Positions 1 to 10,213 of a DNA stretch of 32,000 nt are shown here, piece after piece. The first letter of the stretch is position 1, and each line of letters begins with the position of its first letter. The notes under the pieces are model-generated. The model was not told where the DNA came from. It worked only from the letters and a program-made list of their open reading frames with translations, and made no database searches. The translations under genes and the position numbers were made by a program. Source of the stretch: Mycobacterium leprae TN (lineage in GTDB: Bacteria > Actinomycetota > Actinomycetes > Mycobacteriales > Mycobacteriaceae); assembly GCF_000195855.1 (NCBI RefSeq), contig NC_002677.1:690001-722000 (forward strand), in the 5' to 3' direction.

Positions 1-316
1 TGACTGTCCAGCCCTGTTTATTTAGTTCCTGTACTTACACAACGAACTCTCATGCGAACATCCGAGACATGTTCCCTTCTAATTACTTTCGTAATCCAAC
101 GCTCACAGCCAAGACTGGGTCTACCTACAACCAGCGGATTGCAAACGGCGAGTCGCCTCTAGGGGATAGTCACTTTCGATGAGTAGGATTGTCGCTTTAT
201 AAATTGAGCGGCGGGAGGCCTTGAGTACAGCCGCTGCTATACCATGCACCGAGTACGGCCTACACATTGCCCATTTCCTGACCTGCGTGCATGACCGATT
301 CCTAATCTATCGTCCT

Positions 317-1717
317 GATACACCTCACTGACTACACCGGTACGCCACCACTGCAAGTAGCTTCGTGCCCCTACAACATTACTTTCGGAAATTTCAGCCA
401 CACAATACGGCTGTTGAATTGTTTCTTGGTTTCGCTGGAGGCTTTTTGTACAGGGAGAGGGTAAGTATGGATGGCATCACAGTGGAAGTACTCGCGGGAG
501 TTGTGGGAGCGGCAACGAGGATAGCGGGAGAAGTCAGGTGGGCTCCGGTGGTAGCCAGAGGCGCGATTAGGCCGAGCGTGAGCGTGAAGTGCAAGAATTG
601 AAGCTTGTCAACGAGATTCTGCGAATAGCGAACGCGTTTTTCACCGCGGCGGAAGTCGATCGCCGACTGCGGTGATCCTTTCGCGCGCAATTCTTTGCAG
701 AGTACATCAATGTCCACCGCGAAGAATGCGGGTCGATCCAATCTGTCATGTACATGTTTGAGCAGGCTGACGTGCAGGTCCCCCCGTCTACCTACTACAC
801 CGTCAAGCAGCAGGGTTTTGTGCGGGCAGCCGATCTTACCGACACGTACGACGGCAAGATCCTGTTTGATCTGTGGATGGCTAACCTACCGATCTTACTG
901 TGTGCACAGGCTTTAGCCCGCCACTACACACGCAGGTCACAGTTGAGGTCCAGACAGGGCGACACGGCTGATGTGTATCGCCGGTATTGACGATGTAGGC
1001 TGCAATAAGTGCAGCATTCGTACGACTGAGTACGACAAGTCTTCGCCGCCGCAGCATCCCGACCGGCTCGATCGTTCCTGCTCAATGCTGTCATTACCCG
1101 GATCAGTGGCAGGTAAGGGATTGCACATATGTGTGGACGCTGCAAAGGGTGTGCCATACCACGTTTTGTGTGGACGTGTTCTCCCACCCCATCCTGGGCT
1201 GGCAGGTGATGACCAGCAAGACCGCGGGTGCTTGGTCACATCGGTGCTTGAGCAGACGCTACTCACCCCCTATTGCACATAGCTCCATTCTCTATAACCG
1301 ATTTGATTCATCACTTGGACGCGGGATCAATATACGTCGATCGCGTTCACCGAGGCGCTGCACGAGGCCGGTATCGCCGGATCCATCAGCAGTGTCGGCG
1401 ACGCTTTGGACAACGTGTTTATGGATTCTGCTATAGGGACGGTACAAATCTGAATTAATCGACCAACATGCGACCTTCACCGGTCGCGTCGAACTGGAAC
1501 GGGAAACCACCTCCTGGGTGCACTAGTACAACACGATCGAGACTCCACCTCATCAATATCAATCCAATACCGACCACCAGTCGCATACGAACAGCGCTAC
1601 CAGCAGACAGCCACCCCGACCGAAGTGACATGAACCAATAATCTCCGACAGCTCCAGAACAGTTCCTTCGCCGCATAACACCAACGACCTACTTCGAAGT
1701 TCCTGCTGCCTGTTTAC
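317..1717 (+). mobile_element. Extinct IS3-family insertion sequence; the orfA/orfB transposase frames are broken by frameshifts and stops
   Basis: IS3-type OrfA/OrfB pieces occur in the expected order on the + strand but are spread over all three frames. 'RKFQPHNTAVELF' (from 365) is the OrfA N-terminal region. 'EREREVQELKLVNEILRIANAFFTAAEVDRRLR*' (574-675) is the typical OrfA C-terminus. 'QVPPSTYYTVKQQG' follows (ORF 748-990). 'FCVDVFSHPILGWQV' (ORF 1131-1436) is the first-Asp region. 'LIHHLDAGSIY' (ORF 1273-1458) is the HSDxGSQY equivalent. 'SSVGDALDNVFMDSAIGTVQI*' (1386-1454) is the Glu region. A weak terminal inverted repeat is possible (about 328-360 vs 1685-1717), so the boundaries are approximate. 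Confidence 0.75.
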
Positions 1718-3132
1718 ACAAAAATTGAGTTAACCTCGGTTTTTATATTTTGAGCGGAGCCGAGCTATTCTGGTTACATCGCGCATCTGATCACTGAAAT
1801 GGGCTGTGCTGCGGAAAAAGATCGGCGTTGAAAGACATGCCAGATCACATCGAAGGTAGCCAGAATTTTTGGTTACTCCAGAATCGTATTAATTCTGCGT
1901 CTACATCAGTTCAGAAGGCTTTATGGAGCAGTAACTTTAGCTTAGCCCGCTACGTAAAACTCGAGGGAATTGTAAGCGAATGACAGGCGCGTTCGTTGAC
2001 CGGCTCTGACATTACCTAGTGCAGTCAACGCAGGGTGAGGAGGGAGCTTCCTCGGCCTCGGTGGCGTAGTCGGTCACTGCGCCTACGGTTTCGTGGACTT
2101 CAAGACCCGAAATGAATTACCGCCAAGCTTCCCAAGCGATATGGTGCGCTGCTGGATAGTTGTGCGCAATTCCTTGCTTTGCCCGGTCCGGACACGCCCG
2201 CTCTGCAGATCGAGATCATTTTTCCCGGCGACACCATGGTAAAACACGACCCGGCCCGGGCTTACACGCCGCGTGACGGTCCTACGGGGTCGATATGTGC
2301 GTTTGGTAACCAGCACTCCGTAGGGCGCTGTCACGGAGGAACTCTAATCGGACACTGACGAGCTTGGCCTGGATGCAGTGGTGGGGATGCGATCACGACC
2401 AATCCTTCTGACGAATAGGACGACCGTGTGGTGGAATTCTTCATCGTGATGGTAACATCCGGGACACAGCTGGACATGATTTCTTGCATATCGTGGCTAC
2501 GAACACAGTACGCAATCTGGGGGCCGAATCCCCTGACGGGGACTGGTCCGCGGTGTCGACGGCCGAACATCTTATCAATTACGTTGGCGAATTGGGTTGC
2601 GAGGACGACTGGGCGGGTTGAGATTTGTATATCGGTGCCGGGGTTGTCGTTCATGTCGTCGTACCGGTGCCGTGGTGCGTGATGACGATGCTTGCTTAAC
2701 CCGAGTTGGTGGAGGGATCCGTTCGTGCTCAAGCTCATTGCTCGAGTCGGGTGCAAGCAGTTCGGTTCGCTGGGTTAATTTGCTTGTTTGGGCAGCTATG
2801 CTGAGGTGGTCATCCCCAACATGCCGTGCAGCGGTGACCCGGTTCGCATCGAACGTGTCAAACCACGCCAGGGCGCGCTTGCAACGACAATCGAGAGGAT
2901 GGCTGCCACGCTATTCATGGTAGCGTAGGCTAGCTCGGTCAGGTCATGTTGCAGCAGAAGCGTATCGAGCATCGAAGCCTACGCCTTTAGTGCTAACCGG
3001 CGTTTGCCCCAGTCCGGTTATGCGTGTCTGGGGTTGTCTTGATTTGGCGGGTGAAGGCCGTGAACGGCGTGCCGGTAGGCCGTATGACCTTGAGCCGTGG
3101 TTGGTTGACTGGCTGTTGCATCTTAGTTGGGC

Positions 3133-3450
3133 ATCCATCACTTCGCCGACCACACCGCCACTGCAAGCAGCTTTTCGTAATTACAAGATTGCTCTCGAAA
3201 CCTTCAGTCGCACAAAATAATTCGATTCCTAACACCAACTACCTAACCTGGCATGTTAAACTTGACTCAACAATTTAGCTTCGCTGAGACTAGCTAAGCT
3301 AGCTTAGAATCTGCTAAGATAGCTGTAATGTAACGGTAACACTACCACGACATGGGTGGTGTCCAATTCCGGCCTCTAGGCGAATCTTGAACGCCTTGGC
3401 CTCAACCGCCTCCGTGTCTCTTAGCGAAACAATCGGCAACGACAATCGGT
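3133..3450 (+). mobile_element. Second, internally deleted remnant of the same IS3-like element, in the same orientation
   Basis: Positions 3158-3220 align without gaps to 348-410, with 43/63 identical by hand count and an exact 10-mer 'ccactgcaag'. In the orfA frame, 'LQDCSRNLQSH' matches 'LQHYFRKFQPH' of copy 1. Further downstream, 'tagaatctgctaagatagc' resembles 'gagattctgcgaatagc' (the NEILRIAN region). 'DMGGVQFRPL' resembles 'EECGSIQSVM' (orfB start). These come in the same order as copy 1 but are compressed. The right-hand limit is uncertain. Confidence 0.4.
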
Positions 3451-3610
3451 GAATGCTAATTTATCCGCGATTCTCGACTACTCCCGATTACGGGTGCCCT
3501 TGAACGACTGCTCTTCACTCGTATAGATATAGATCATCCAGACAGACGATGGTGTCAACTTTCAATCGATTTTCCATTGCCACGTCTTGGAAAAAGCGAG
3601 TGTACACCCG

Positions 3611-4426
3611 TTATTCCTTCACGATTACCGGGTCACCAATGTTAACTGTGTTGTAGTACCATTCTGCGTCGGCAGGGCTTAAGCTAATGCAGCCGTGGCT
3701 GGTGTTATCAAAACCCATTGACTGCACCGCCCACGGAGCCGAATGGATGTAGAGGCCACGGCTGCTGATACGGACGGCGTAATCCACCGAGAGCCTGTAC
3801 CCCTCGGGATCGTCGACAGGTATGCCGACACTACTCGAATCCATAATCACCGAGCGATCCTTGGACATGACGGTATACTTACCGGTAGGTGTCGGGAATT
3901 CTGTCTTACCCATCGAGGCCGGCATCACCCCTTCTTCTCCCCAGTGGGGCCGATGGTGGGGTGAAGGCAGTGGAGGGGGTGTCTCCGCCTCGACTCCGTC
4001 GATCGTCACCGTGAACGTGTGATTCGAGATATCCGCAATACCGAGAATGGCAGGACCCGTTTTGAAGTTGGTGGACAGGTTGCCCACCGTGAGTGCGATC
4101 GTGCTGTGCTCTGGCCAATAGCGGTCAGGAACCCACTGCACAACTTTGCTGTCGAGCCAGTCAAACTTGCCGTTCATCGCTGGCGCCGAGCGCACTTTAA
4201 GGGAAAGCTCGGTCGCCTTACGGTTAGTGACGGGTGCGCCGAATGTCACTACCACGGGGTGCGCCACACCCACCACCGCGTCCCGTGTAGGTAGAATTGA
4301 CGTGATGGCGAAGCCATGCGCATGGTTCACCGCCGCTAGGCTTACACGCACCGGTCCCGCGATCACCGTCGCCGCGATCCCGATCACCACAAGAACACCT
4401 CGAATTGCTGCCCGCATAATTCCCAT
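3611..4426 (-). CDS. L,D-transpeptidase (YkuD domain), exported or membrane-anchored
   Basis: The C-terminal catalytic motif is 'HSAPWAVQSMGFDNTSHGCISL'. A hydrophobic N-terminus 'MGIMRAAIRGVLVVIGIAATVIAG' begins at ATG 4426. The 42 extra upstream codons of the 313-codon ORF do not look coding. ATG 4417 is an alternative start. From memory, the position upstream of gap matches M. tuberculosis Rv1433 (LdtMt3). Confidence 0.85.
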   Translation of the reverse strand: MGIMRAAIRGVLVVIGIAATVIAGPVRVSLAAVNHAHGFAITSILPTRDAVVGVAHPVVVTFGAPVTNRKATELSLKVRSAPAMNGKFDWLDSKVVQWVPDRYWPEHSTIALTVGNLSTNFKTGPAILGIADISNHTFTVTIDGVEAETPPPLPSPHHRPHWGEEGVMPASMGKTEFPTPTGKYTVMSKDRSVIMDSSSVGIPVDDPEGYRLSVDYAVRISSRGLYIHSAPWAVQSMGFDNTSHGCISLSPADAEWYYNTVNIGDPVIVKE

Positions 4427-4691
4427 CACCTTTGAGATGACCAAAATGTTGTTGATGTTGGCGATGGTAGGGGTCCATGCCGAGTGAGCGGGTACGCACG
4501 CGCTAGATAGCTTGGTCAAGTCTCGGTCAAGTTTTAGTTGCGCGTTCAGCACCTGGGGGAGATGCTCGTATTCCGCTGCCGCGACTCGGTATCCAGCTGT
4601 GTTGTATCGGCATGGTGACCGAGAAGTTGATATGTGTTCAGCGGCTGTTTGCAGACACCGGCCCCCAGGATTAGCGGCGGACAGTCTCGGT

Positions 4692-4749
4692 CGTATGTTC
4701 TATATATAGTTATATGAGTTATCGTATATTCTATATTTATATGAGTTAT
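4692..4749. repeat. AT-rich imperfect tandem duplication (31 nt + 27 nt)
   Basis: Unit 1 (4692-4722) is 'cgtatgttctatatatagttatatgagttat'. Unit 2 (4723-4749) is 'cgtatattctatatttatatgagttat'. They differ by one substitution and a 4-nt indel. The repeat lies in the divergent L,D-transpeptidase/gap intergenic region. Confidence 0.85.
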
Positions 4750-4837
4750 ATGCGTCCATCGACGCTTGTTAGGCGTAGCTGCTGCAGTGTGACATGCTCA
4801 ACCGGTCCATGACTTCGGCTACCTGTCATTGATCTAG

Positions 4838-5908
<1,071 letters not shown>

Positions 5909-5910
5909 CC

Positions 5911-7161
5911 GTGCGCATTCCTAATCTTAAAGATCTTCTTGAGGAAGGTGTTTCTGGTCGCTGCGTGTTGGTGCGCTGCGATCTGAACGTCCCGCTGGGG
6001 GATGATGGCGCCATCACCGACCTCGGTCGGGTCACCGCGTCGGTGCCTACGTTGAAAGCGCTGCTTGAGGCCGGAGCCAAGATTGTGGTTGCCGCCCATC
6101 TGGGCCGCCCCAAGAACGGGCCAGACCCAAAGCTGTCACTGGAGCCGGTCGCCGCGGCGCTCGGTGAGCAGCTGGGCCAAAACGTCCAGTTGGTCTGCAG
6201 CACCGATCGTTCCCCTGTCGGGGGTGATGCGCTCGCCTGTGTTGAGAGGCTGACCGACGGCGACCTCCTACTGCTGCAGAACATCCGCTTCGATCCGCGC
6301 GAGACCAGCAAAGTCGACGACGAACGACTCGCTCTGGCCAAGCAATTGGTTGAATTGGTCGGGTCAGCAGGAGCTTTTGTTTCGGATGGATTCGGTGTGG
6401 TGCATCGCAGGCAGGCTTCGGTGTATGACGTCGCTACGCTATTGCCGCACTACGCCGGCATACTGGTTGCTGACGAGATAAGGATACTCGAGCAATTGAC
6501 TAGTTCGGCCAAACGCCCCTACGCAGTGGTGCTCGGCGGGTCGAAGGTATCCGACAAGCTCGGCGTCATCGAGTCGCTGGCGACAAAAGCCGATAGCATC
6601 GTACTCGGAGGTGGAATGTGCTTTACATTTCTTGCTGCACAAGGATTTTCAGTAGGTAAATCGTTATTGGAAACCGAGATGATCGAGACCTGTCGTAGTC
6701 TGTTGGACACCTACGCTGACGTGCTTCGGCTTCCTATGGACATTGTGGTGACAGAGAAGTTCGTCGCTGATTCGCCGCCGCAGACCGTCGCCGCCGACGC
6801 TATCCCAGATGGATTGATGGGACTGGATATCGGGCCGGAATCGGTCAAGCGGTTCGCTACGTTGTTATCCAACGCCTCGACCATTTTCTGGAACGGACCG
6901 ATGGGCGTGTTCGAATTCCCTGCGTACGCCGCGGGCACCAGAGGTGTTGCTGAAGCAATCGTGGCTGTTACTGGCAAGGGAGCTTTCAGCGTGGTCGGCG
7001 GCGGTGACTCTGCGGCTGCGATGCGGGCGCTCAGCCTACCCGAAGGCAGTGTCTCGCACCTTTCCACCGGTGGCGGCGCGTCGTTGGAATACCTTGAGGG
7101 CAAGACGCTACCCGGGATCGAGGTACTAGGTCGTGAGCAGCCAAGGGGAGGAGACTCGTGA
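5911..7161 (+). CDS. pgk: Phosphoglycerate kinase
   Basis: This 416-codon ORF starts at GTG 5911, 2 nt after the gap stop. PGK signatures include '[11 protein letters not shown]', '[10 protein letters not shown]' and 'STGGGASLE'. Confidence 0.95.
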   Translation: MRIPNLKDLLEEGVSGRCVLVRCDLNVPLGDDGAITDLGRVTASVPTLKALLEAGAKIVVAAHLGRPKNGPDPKLSLEPVAAALGEQLGQNVQLVCSTDRSPVGGDALACVERLTDGDLLLLQNIRFDPRETSKVDDERLALAKQLVELVGSAGAFVSDGFGVVHRRQASVYDVATLLPHYAGILVADEIRILEQLTSSAKRPYAVVLGGSKVSDKLGVIESLATKADSIVLGGGMCFTFLAAQGFSVGKSLLETEMIETCRSLLDTYADVLRLPMDIVVTEKFVADSPPQTVAADAIPDGLMGLDIGPESVKRFATLLSNASTIFWNGPMGVFEFPAYAAGTRGVAEAIVAVTGKGAFSVVGGGDSAAAMRALSLPEGSVSHLSTGGGASLEYLEGKTLPGIEVLGREQPRGGDS

Positions 7162-7943
7162 GCCGCAAGTCGCTCATCGCCGGCAACTGGAAGATGAACC
7201 TGAATCATTTCGAGGCGATTGCGTTGGTGCAAAAAATCGCTTTTTCATTGCCGGACAAGTATTATGACAAGGTTGATGTCACAGTTCTTCCGCCATTCAC
7301 TGACCTGCGTAGCGTGCAAACCCTGGTCGATGGCGATAAGTTGCGATTGACCTATGGTGCCCAGGATCTTTCGCAACATGACCTAGGCGCCTACACTGGA
7401 GACATCAGTGGGGCCTTCTTGGCTAAGTTGGGCTGTAGCTTCGTGCTGGTGGGGCACTCTGAGCGGCGCACCTACCACGACGAAGGTGACGCGCTGGTGG
7501 CCGCGAAGACGGCTGCGGCGCTCAAAAACAGCTTGACTCCGATCGTGTGCATCGGCGAGTACCTCGAGATCCGAGAGGTGGGTGAACACGTCAGCCACTG
7601 CCAGAACCAGCTACGCGGCTCGCTGGCTGGGCTGTCGCCTGAACAGATCGGCAATGTCGTGATCGTTTATGAACCGGTCTGGGCGATCGGGACTGGGCGG
7701 GTGGCTAGTGCAGCCGACGCCCAAGAGGTGTGCGAGGCGATCCGAAAAGAGCTGGGTGCGCTGGCATCACCGCAGGTGGCCGAAACCGTTCGGGTGCTTT
7801 ATGGTGGCTCGTTGAACGCCAAAAACATTGGCGATATCGTCGCCCAGCAAGACGTCGATGGTGGTCTGGTTGGGGGAGCGTCGCTGGACGGGGCGCAATT
7901 CGCGACGCTCGCGGTCATCGCCGCCGGTGGGCCTCTTCCCTAG
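7158..7943 (+). CDS. tpiA: Triosephosphate isomerase
   Basis: Motifs are 'AGNWKMN', 'GHSERR' and '[10 protein letters not shown]'. GTG 7158 overlaps the pgk stop (GTGA). An SD-like 'aaggggaggag' sits at 7143-7153. Confidence 0.95.
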   Translation: MSRKSLIAGNWKMNLNHFEAIALVQKIAFSLPDKYYDKVDVTVLPPFTDLRSVQTLVDGDKLRLTYGAQDLSQHDLGAYTGDISGAFLAKLGCSFVLVGHSERRTYHDEGDALVAAKTAAALKNSLTPIVCIGEYLEIREVGEHVSHCQNQLRGSLAGLSPEQIGNVVIVYEPVWAIGTGRVASAADAQEVCEAIRKELGALASPQVAETVRVLYGGSLNAKNIGDIVAQQDVDGGLVGGASLDGAQFATLAVIAAGGPLP

Positions 7944-7979
7944 GGAAGCCCTCGGGGCGTCTTGCACTGACTTGGTGAT

Positions 7980-9240
7980 AGGTTATGCTGCAGACTTTAG
8001 CCGTAGCGTTAGCTCAGTGCTGTGGGTGGCTAATTCGCTATGGGTTCAGTGTGCCTGTCGGGTGGGTGTGGTGGCCACTGTGGCGTTGATCGCGGGCATC
8101 GGTGTGCTGTCAGCGATCTTTCAGGTTGTCGTGCTGGTGTTCCTAGGCGCGTTCTGCGGCGTTAGCCTGGTTGCTACCGGGTTCTACCGCGACCAGTGGT
8201 GACCCTACATATACCCAGGTTCGCACGGTATTCGACGATGCGATCGTTGCGATTTGCTAGTACGGCAACCAGATTCAAGCGTGCATGGTCGGTATCGGTC
8301 GAGTTGGCGGTGGTGGATGCCGGTCGGGACTCTGGGTTGGTGGAGTTGGTGGATGCGCTCAGCCTAGAAGTTGGCGCGCCGGGGGATGCCGTGCTAGCGA
8401 CTCGCCGACTGTCGGTGTTGATTTGTGCCGCTAGCTTCCCATACCGTCCTGTTCAACAGCGTGCGAATCAGACTTTCCTGGCCGTGGCCACCGGCATTAT
8501 TATGCGCGATGCGTGAAAGCTCTCCACTCGTTTTGGCTGCTGTTGACCACCGCCGTAATGGTGTGGTCAGGGTATGCTTCGGTGTTCGTCCGTACGGTTC
8601 ATTGGTCTTCAGCACGGTGATTGGTGCGTTGCTGTGACTGATTGCTGGCGGTTTGCGCTGCTAGCCTGCTTTGGTGGTCGCAACCGTGCTGGCGCTGAGT
8701 TTTGTCGTGCTATCGGTGCCGAAACTGTATGGTTTCGGCGTTATTGTAATCACTTCCGCGGCGTTGTTGTCGCAATCGATCTGCCTTGCGTATCCGGTAG
8801 CGCCCGCGGTGTGCCTAGTAGACATGCTAATCAGCACTGTGGTGGTTGTGTGTCGTATACCTGTTGTGGCCGGGAGATCGGTGGTTGCCTGAATCGCCCG
8901 GGCTTGGTGCGGCCCGGAGCTATTCTCGTCGAGGCGGTCAAATCATCCGGTCAATGCTTATGCTAGCAAACGCCTATGTTAGCAATTGTCCCGCGACTAC
9001 GTCTATTGGCTTGCGCATCAGGTTTGTGCCACTGTCGAGGCCGCGGTGTTGGAGCCTCTGGCAACTGGCAGTGAGTTCCACATGCTGAGCAGATTATTTC
9101 GGCTACCATTGAACTGGAGGACGCTGTGTACGCGATCAGTTCGGCAGTGTACGCCGGGTCGGGATCCGACCACGCTGATCAATGAGGTACAGCGTCGGCT
9201 GAACCGCTTCGATCAGAGACTGCCGTGGCGCTTAAGTTAA
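7980..9240 (+). pseudogene. Decayed integral-membrane protein gene, family unresolved (possibly a FUSC/aromatic-acid-exporter-like topology)
   Basis: Hydrophobic, helix-like stretches sit on alternating + frames and are interrupted by stops. Examples are 'VGVVATVALIAGIGVLSAIFQVVVLVFLGAFCGVSLVATGFY' (ORF 7828-8202), 'PLVLAAVDH...YGSLVFSTVIGALL' (8425-8637) and 'VVATVLALSFVVLSVPKLYGFGVIVITSAALLSQS' (8671-8892). No frame stays open beyond about 130 codons. The family assignment is a guess. Confidence 0.35.
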
Positions 9241-9707
9241 GCGGCCGCCGGAACGCGTGCTCCCACCGCCAGGTGCCCGCACTATGCGGACCGTCAGGAT
9301 CCGGGCTAGGCGCACCGGGTGGGGGTGTGCTACTATGATGCAATTAGGAAGGGATGTCGTGCAGTGGCTCTGGGTTTGGCCGCTGTTTCAACACTATATC
9401 GGTACCAGTCCACCGGATCACATCAGATTTCGTGTTATGACCCGATGTTAGGGTGAGGTAGGATATGCATCTCTCCGATGCTCGTAGCGGAAATTAAACG
9501 AAAATGCAGTATAGCTGTGCTGTGTGTACATCGGAAGCTAATGTGTTGTCTCCGCTGGAATGATCGGTCGGCATTATTGGTCACTGGCAGCAGTACTGGA
9601 AAAACCGGCATCGCCGTAACCTCGGCAACGGCACACGGTGACCTTTTGGTCGAGCTCGGCCCGCTCGTCGGTGGAGTAATCCTTGAGGCCGCGGGTACGG
9701 GGGCTGG

Positions 9708-9938
9708 ATGGCGTCTGGTGTCAATATCTTGCAGGACGTGTTCGCGGTCATCGTCGAGGTTCTGTTGCTTTCGGTCGGTACCGGGAACGCGAGGACCGCG
9801 GAAGACTGGCCCGGCCTTGCTGTACTGTCGGCCGGACTCGTCGCTGTGCTGACGCTGCTGATCCACGAGCAGCAAGAGGACTGGGTGTGCCAGCCTGTGA
9901 CTCGACTATGCTGGGGCCGTTCGACGGTAGACAGGTAG
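9708..9938 (+). CDS. Hypothetical 76-aa protein with two hydrophobic helices. It could equally be the terminal fragment of a decayed gene.
   Basis: The ATG ORF ends 11 nt before the secG ATG. The two hydrophobic segments are 'ILQDVFAVIVEVLLLSVGTG' and 'WPGLAVLSAGLVAVLTLLIH'. Third-position G+C is 57/76 by hand count. The overlapping 146-codon minus-strand ORF (9435-9875) is the exact antiparallel frame and is Gln/Arg/Asp-rich, as expected for a shadow of hydrophobic codons. I recognise no homologue. Confidence 0.25.
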   Translation: MASGVNILQDVFAVIVEVLLLSVGTGNARTAEDWPGLAVLSAGLVAVLTLLIHEQQEDWVCQPVTRLCWGRSTVDR

Positions 9939-9949
9939 TCTAGTTGACC

Positions 9950-10183
9950 ATGGAGTTGGCCCTGCAGATCACCCTGGTTGTCACCAGCATCCTCGTAGTG
10001 TTGTTAGTACTTTTGCACCGTGCGAAGGGTGGTGGCCTGTCGACGTTGTTCGGCGGTGGCGTGCAATCCAGTCTGTCCGGGTCGACGGTGGTGGAGAAGA
10101 ACCTGGACCGGTTGACGCTGTTCGTCACCGGAATCTGGCTGGTATCCATTATCGGCGTAGCCCTGCTAACTAAATACCGTTAG
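9950..10183 (+). CDS. secG: Preprotein translocase subunit SecG
   Basis: The product is 77 aa from ATG 9950. The ORF-track TTG 9944 adds 2 aa. Two TM helices flank the Gly-rich loop 'HRAKGGGLSTLFGGGVQSSLSGS'. Confidence 0.9.
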   Translation: MELALQITLVVTSILVVLLVLLHRAKGGGLSTLFGGGVQSSLSGSTVVEKNLDRLTLFVTGIWLVSIIGVALLTKYR

Positions 10184-10213
10184 CACTGTTACTTCAAGTA
10201 GATCCCCGCACAC

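Noticed and set aside
1-44. Possible right-end fragment of a third IS copy: 'tagttcctgtacttacacaa' compared with 'aagttcctgctgcctgtttacacaa' at 1697-1722.
   Set aside because: Only about 17 matching bases, and the alignment needs a gap. It cannot be told from chance, and the window edge prevents extension.
1808-1838. The motif 'ctgcggaaaaagatcggcgttgaaagacatg' resembles 'ctgggaaaaatctgcgttgaaagacctg' at 19856-19883 in the tkt/ctaB intergenic region. The exact shared 12-mer is 'gcgttgaaagac'.
   Set aside because: Exact 12-mers are expected by chance many times in 32 kb read on both strands. The flanking similarity is short, and one copy lies in decayed DNA. This is not enough to call a regulatory motif without a genome-wide count.
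3291-3335. Low-complexity 'tagctaagctagcttagaatctgctaagatagctg', with the perfect 14-bp palindrome 'ctaagctagcttag' (3294-3307).
   Set aside because: It is best explained as part of the decayed second IS copy (the region matching NEILRIAN of orfA). There is no independent evidence of function.
9435-9875. 146-codon minus-strand ORF in the tpi-secG interval, as a possible real gene.
   Set aside because: It is the exact antiparallel frame of the hydrophobic + strand ORF 9708-9938. It translates to a Gln/Arg/Asp/His-rich sequence typical of a shadow frame, with no recognisable motif.
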